A stretch of 32,000 nt of DNA from an uncultured Erysipelotrichaceae bacterium (lineage in GTDB: Bacteria > Bacillota_I > Bacilli_A > Erysipelotrichales > Erysipelotrichaceae). Positions 28,697 to 32,000 of the stretch are shown here, piece after piece. Numbering within the stretch: the stretch's first letter is position 1; every line of letters begins with the position of its first letter. Position numbers and translations under genes: made by a program. The notes beneath the pieces were generated by a model, which was given only the letters and a program-made list of their open reading frames with translations, ran no database searches and had not been told where the DNA came from. The stretch is from the NCBI GenBank assembly GCA_942493105.1, contig OW818668.1:450001-482000 (forward strand), read 5' to 3'.

Positions 28697-28898
28697 CAAT
28701 CACATCACCAGCTTGGTCTTGACGAAAAGTTTCATAGTCTTGATTGGGAGGCGCTTGTTGAAAATCCTGACGAATGATCCGTCGGGCTTTGATGAACTGA
28801 AAGACGATGATTGCCAAGAGAACCAGCAGTAATGGCCACAGTACAGTCAACAGGAAGTAAGCTAGAATTAAGACAGCGAGTGTTTGTAGAATTCTCAT
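28653..28898 (-). CDS. Small membrane protein (two predicted TM helices, acidic/polar C-terminal tail)
   Basis: 81 aa. The hydrophobic segment ILQTLAVLILAYFLLTVLWPLLLVLLAIIVFQF is followed by KARR and a soluble tail ending GDVIDASYTERSESDGSK. The SD is weak. It is first in the operon after an extended -10 element. Confidence 0.55.
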   Translation of the reverse strand: MRILQTLAVLILAYFLLTVLWPLLLVLLAIIVFQFIKARRIIRQDFQQAPPNQDYETFRQDQAGDVIDASYTERSESDGSK

Positions 28899-28913
28899 AT
28901 TTTTACCGTGTTT

Positions 28914-28922
28914 ATTATATCA
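28914..28922 (-). promoter_or_regulatory. Extended -10 promoter element for the small-TM/DUF2156/GNAT operon
   Basis: Minus strand reads TGaTATAAT, 16 nt upstream of the ATG at 28898 and immediately after the XRE terminator. Confidence 0.45.
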
Positions 28923-28923
28923 T

Positions 28924-28946
28924 AAAGAAAAAGCGCATCGCGCTTT
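28924..28946 (-). terminator. Intrinsic terminator after the XRE regulator gene
   Basis: Minus-strand RNA reads AAAGCGC-GAU-GCGCUUU followed by UUCUUU. It starts 8 nt after the stop at 28955. Confidence 0.65.
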
Positions 28947-28954
28947 ATGACTTT

Positions 28955-29209
28955 CTAGAATAGATCTTGTATACCGATCCCAAACCCATCGGCCAACTTC
29001 TGAAGTGCTTCAAATGATATGTTGCGTCTTCCGCGTTCAACATCTGAAATATAGTTACGATGCAATCGACTTCTGACAGCCAGTTCTTCTTGAGACAAAG
29101 CACAACTGATGCGCAAATACTTGACCCTAATTCCAAATTGGATCCGTAATGCTTCATAATCGCGATTCGCAAGCGGTTTTACGTTTTCGTATTTTAAGCT
29201 TTTAGCCAT
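28955..29209 (-). CDS. XRE-family helix-turn-helix transcriptional regulator
   Basis: The HTH is LSQEELAVRSRLHRNYISDVERGRRNISFEALQKLA (Cro/C1 type). I prefer the ATG at 29209 (MAKSLKYEN), preceded by an AGGTGA SD, over the GTG at 29218. Length is 84 aa. Confidence 0.85.
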   Translation of the reverse strand: MAKSLKYENVKPLANRDYEALRIQFGIRVKYLRISCALSQEELAVRSRLHRNYISDVERGRRNISFEALQKLADGFGIGIQDLF

Positions 29210-29238
29210 AGGTCTCACCTAACAAGGTCCTTAATTCA

Positions 29239-29282
29239 AGTATAGGACTGATTTTAGATAATATCTACACACTATGAGTGTG
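29239..29282 (-). promoter_or_regulatory. Candidate XRE-gene promoter overlapped by two abutting palindromes (likely auto-operator)
   Basis: Minus strand reads TAGATA (29267..29262), a 17-nt spacer, then TATACT (29244..29239). The palindrome TAGATAaTATCTA (29255-29267) abuts the palindrome CACACTatgAGTGTG (29268-29282). Confidence 0.4.
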
Positions 29283-29424
29283 ATTTGAGGCAATTATGAG
29301 CTAATTTAGCATCAAAATTACTTTAAATGTGGATTAGAGTTTGATTAATGATGCATGGTGAATATATGATGTGTTAAAAGAAGTTTACACCCTAATCAAT
29401 TAGTAATCAATTGCCTACAGTTTC

Positions 29425-29465
29425 TTTCAATTGCATACTTTACCATCTATAATATGCAATTGAAA
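29425..29465. repeat. Perfect 12-bp inverted repeat TTTCAATTGCAT / ATGCAATTGAAA with a 17-nt spacer containing TATAAT
   Basis: The left arm is 29425-29436 and the right arm is 29454-29465. The spacer actttaccatcTATAAT ends in TATAAT (29448-29453), which lies 17 nt after TTTCAA (29425-29430) on the plus strand. Confidence 0.8.
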
Positions 29466-29522
29466 ATGACACTTTCTGTTTAGAAACATCTAATATTCTT
29501 TTCTGTCTCATGGTACTCACAA

Positions 29523-30323
29523 TCATATTTTAACTGCAGGGACTGTCCATATGTTTTCTTTACGGTTGACCGCAAAGAAACCTTTTTCATTATATGGGTT
29601 AAATCGATTATAGATCATGGGTTTCCCATTGATTTCTCTAAAGATGCCTCCTGCTTCTTCCACAATGATCTGCATGGCAGCTGTATCCCACTCCCCTGTT
29701 TTACCAAAGCGATAATAGACATCGGCTTCACCGCTAGCAACCATACACCCTTTTAATGCAGATCCTAATTGTTTATAGGTCTTGATGTGAAGTGCGTTTT
29801 CTTCAACAAGTTTCTCGTCTTCTTGTGTTTTATGAGATGAACTGCCAACCAGATTCAAATCTGTTAATTTGTCTGTTACACTGATACAACGATTGAATCC
29901 ATCTTTACTGTCTTCGTAGGCTCCAAAACCATGTAATGCGTAGTATGTTTTCTTATATGCTGGGGCATGTACGACCCCTAGGATCGATCTTTGACGATGA
30001 ACCAGGGCTATATTCACTGTAAAATTACCGTTGTGTTTGATGAATTCTTTGGTTCCATCCAGCGGATCGACAATAAAAAGCCATTCATGTCTTAAACGAT
30101 TAAGATCATCTTTGGTTTCTTCAGATAGGATCAAGATATTAGGATAATGCTTCTTGAGTTCTTTGAGGATGAAGGCATTGGAAACTAAATCAGCTTTGGT
30201 TACAGGAGATTGATCTTCTTTAGTTTTGACCTCATAAGATGAATCATAAATCTCCATAAGCAATGCGCCAGCTCTGATCGTGATTTCCTTGATTTGATGA
30301 AGATCCATTAAGGACAGTTCCAT
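29523..30323 (-). CDS. cysQ: 3'(2'),5'-bisphosphate nucleotidase CysQ / inositol monophosphatase family
   Basis: 266 aa. Motifs are [35 protein letters not shown] and GEWDTAA. These closely parallel E. coli CysQ as I recall it ([33 protein letters not shown]). Confidence 0.85.
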   Translation of the reverse strand: [266 protein letters not shown]

Positions 30324-30452
30324 ATACCCACATTATAGGTGATAAATTATCTTTCGAAAATGTTTTACAAATTTTAAGAAAATGTTTTTTCGCAACACTT
30401 TTGGCACATTTAAGGTCTAATCTATGAAGCATAGAGGAAACTCTAGGAGAAA

Positions 30453-31175
30453 ATGATGAAAAAATATCTTATTCCAATTCTATTCGCAGGTGGGTTATTG
30501 GCCCTTACCTTGGTGATCTTTGCCTTAGACAGACCTGTAATTGCAGGTTATCGAGTCAATGGTACCAATGATCAATCTTTATTGGGTAATCAGAACCAAG
30601 TCAATGGACGTGGTGGAAGAGGCGGTATGATGGGTGGTTACAATAACCAACAAGTGACCATCTCAACTGATCTTAGTGGAAGTGATTATGATGCAGCTGA
30701 GCTTAAAGCAGCACTTGATGTCTTATTGATGGATGAATACAAAGCCAGAGCTGAGTATGAGGCCATCGTTGAGAAGTTTGGGGATGAAAATCCTTATGTG
30801 AATCTGATCACTGCTGAAACAAGACATATTGAAGCCTTGACTAGAATCTATGATGCGTTTGATTTTACGGTTTTAGCTGATACAGGCAAAGATTATGTTG
30901 CCTTACCTACAAGTTTAGAAACATCTTATCAGATCGGAATCGATGCTGAAAAAGCCAACATTGCTTTATATGAAACTTACTTAGATACAGACTTACCGGA
31001 TTCAGTAGAACGTATATTCCAGAATCTACAAAATGCTTCTGAGAATCATTTGGCGATCTTCACAGCTTATCAAAATGGTGATGAGATCTTGCCTTATCAA
31101 AATGGGACTCAGAATACAAATGGTTATAATTGCCCAATGGTTAACGGTAGACAAGGCCGTGGTTATCGCAACTAA
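30453..31175 (+). CDS. Membrane-anchored DUF2202 (ferritin-like superfamily) protein with Gly/Arg-rich segments
   Basis: 240 aa. It has an N-terminal TM/signal anchor (YLIPILFAGGLLALTLVIFAL) and a GRGGRGGMMGGY segment. The ferritin-like pairs are LLMDEYKARAEYEAIVEKFG...AETRHIEAL and IDAEKANIALYE...NLQNASENHLAIF. An AGGAGA SD lies upstream. The second ATG at 30456 is equally possible as the start. Confidence 0.7.
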   Translation: MMKKYLIPILFAGGLLALTLVIFALDRPVIAGYRVNGTNDQSLLGNQNQVNGRGGRGGMMGGYNNQQVTISTDLSGSDYDAAELKAALDVLLMDEYKARAEYEAIVEKFGDENPYVNLITAETRHIEALTRIYDAFDFTVLADTGKDYVALPTSLETSYQIGIDAEKANIALYETYLDTDLPDSVERIFQNLQNASENHLAIFTAYQNGDEILPYQNGTQNTNGYNCPMVNGRQGRGYRN

Positions 31176-31180
31176 TGAAA

Positions 31181-31209
31181 ACACCCTTCACAAGAAGGGT
31201 GTTTTTTTT
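31181..31209. terminator. Bidirectional intrinsic terminator between the DUF2202 and pullulanase genes
   Basis: The hairpin is ACACCCTTC-ACAA-GAAGGGTGT (9 bp) followed by 7 T on the plus strand. On the minus strand it is followed by UUUCAUUA and starts at the pullulanase stop. Confidence 0.85.
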
Positions 31210-32000
31210 AAGCATGTTTTCTTTTCTTATAGACTAGGAAGTAGTACAAGGCAAGAGCTCCTGCTAGAATCAAGAATCCACTGACATAAATAAGTGTCCA
31301 GTTGATCCCATAATAGGAGTTACTATCAACAAGGACCATCAGACTATGCGCTGCGATGGTCACAGTTTTACCAGAGATATCATTGATTTTCTTGGTCCCA
31401 GCTTTATTACTGTCGACGACGACGACCCAACCTGATTTTTCTAAGGTTGCGGTGACTTCAGTTTCATTGGCATTCATCAAGACTGTTATTGTGTCCCATT
31501 TATCCCCATTGGCGTTGTTGAGCAATTGATATGCCACAACGTTGGGTTCATTGGTTTCTATGAAACTTAGATTGGCTCTAATGTCTGCAGTGGTCGTCAT
31601 TCTAAACGCAGGATGCGCTTGTCTAAGATCGATCAAACCTGCAATATAGGTCGTGTAGTCTTCATATTCTGCTTTTCTTAACCAATCTAGTTGGTTGACA
31701 GCATCAGAAGCATTATAGGAGTTTTCATTGCCTCCTTTGGTTCGATAGAACTCAGCACCAGCATGAATGAATGGGACCCCTTGTGAGGTCAATACGATCG
31801 CATTGGCCATTCTGTGCATCGCCATACGCTCTTCATCACTGGCATCCGGATTGGTCAAGAATAATTTATCCCATAAGGTTAAGTTATCATGGGCTTCTAT
31901 GTAGCTTATGACTTGTGTGGGTGCTGTTGCATAAGCCCCTTTTGAATATTTGACCAAAGAATAATCAATACCCTTGGTCGCAACAGATGCAACGATTCCA
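31208..32000 (-). CDS. GH13 pullulanase/alpha-amylase family enzyme, C-terminal part with a C-terminal TM anchor (gene continues beyond the right edge)
   Basis: The reading frame stays open to nt 32000 (...GIVASVATKGIDYSLVKYSKG...), so the track start at 31957 is a TTG artefact. SYIEAHDNLTLWD matches GH13 conserved region IV of pullulanases. A beta-rich C-domain follows. The final segment WTLIYVSGFLILAGALALYYFLV followed by YKKRK is a TM anchor. Confidence 0.8.
   Translation of the reverse strand, partial: GIVASVATKGIDYSLVKYSKGAYATAPTQVISYIEAHDNLTLWDKLFLTNPDASDEERMAMHRMANAIVLTSQGVPFIHAGAEFYRTKGGNENSYNASDAVNQLDWLRKAEYEDYTTYIAGLIDLRQAHPAFRMTTTADIRANLSFIETNEPNVVAYQLLNNANGDKWDTITVLMNANETEVTATLEKSGWVVVVDSNKAGTKKINDISGKTVTIAAHSLMVLVDSNSYYGINWTLIYVSGFLILAGALALYYFLVYKKRKHA

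Noticed and set aside
28945-29172. A 75-aa minus-strand ORF overlapping the XRE gene in another frame.
   Set aside because: The alternative frame encodes a clear Cro/C1 HTH with an SD and a terminator. This ORF has no motif or SD.
30244-30432. A 62-aa minus-strand ORF overlapping the cysQ 5' end and the divergent promoter region.
   Set aside because: It is out of frame with the well-supported cysQ, has no SD, and spans an intergenic promoter region.
21200-32000. Whether the right-hand accessory third is a genomic island or mobile element.
   Set aside because: It contains no integrase, transposase, tRNA attachment site or flanking direct repeats. Housekeeping gap sits in the middle. By eye, composition is similar to the rest of the window.
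1-32000. CRISPR arrays, rRNA or tRNA genes, UGA-as-Trp recoding, and frameshifted pseudogenes.
   Set aside because: I found no regularly spaced direct repeats and no cloverleaf-capable GC-rich segments in any intergenic gap. All long ORFs are intact under the standard code with Trp encoded by TGG. No conserved gene is split.

Overview
This window is almost entirely minus-strand. About two thirds is the conserved Firmicutes/Mollicutes transcription-translation backbone. Read in the direction of transcription, from 21148 down to 1, the genes are cysS, mrnC, rlmB, a sigH-like sigma factor, rpmG, secE, nusG, rplK, rplA, an inserted DUF4405 membrane protein, rplJ, rplL, a ybxB-like methyltransferase, rpoB, rpoC, rpsL, rpsG, fusA and the 5' end of tuf. 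This is the Bacillus subtilis order minus yacP and ybxF. The right third (21.2-32 kb) is accessory-looking. It holds an alpha/beta hydrolase, gap, a signal-peptide surface protein (cohesin-like domain, two cadherin-like repeats, C-terminal TM anchor), an SDR-Rieske oxygenase pair and an XRE regulator. It also holds a small-TM / DUF2156 / Eis-like GNAT operon, a CysQ-type phosphatase, a membrane-anchored DUF2202 ferritin-like protein and the 3' end of a TM-anchored GH13 pullulanase. I saw no rRNA, tRNA, CRISPR, transposase or integrase. The standard genetic code is in use, since long ORFs are intact with TGA as stop. Several traits suggest an Acholeplasma-like or other Mollicutes-related, or Erysipelotrichia-like, organism, but this is inference only. 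Those traits are Asn at the RpoB position equivalent to E. coli His526, a very long RpoB, and surface proteins anchored by C-terminal TM helices rather than LPXTG. The outstanding feature is rpoC. It encodes 1793 aa because of a roughly 520-aa in-frame, Lys/Glu/Leu-rich, helix-type insertion placed exactly between RGLMGKP and [12 protein letters not shown]. That is the F-loop, immediately N-terminal of the bridge helix, a site I do not know to carry a large lineage-specific insert. Secondary leads are the autonomous DUF4405 unit splitting rplKA from rplJL, the SDR-Rieske pair with PaO/CAO-like and NOL-like motifs, the small-TM/DUF2156/GNAT operon, and a 240-nt ORF-free region with a perfect 12-bp inverted repeat bracketing a TATAAT.
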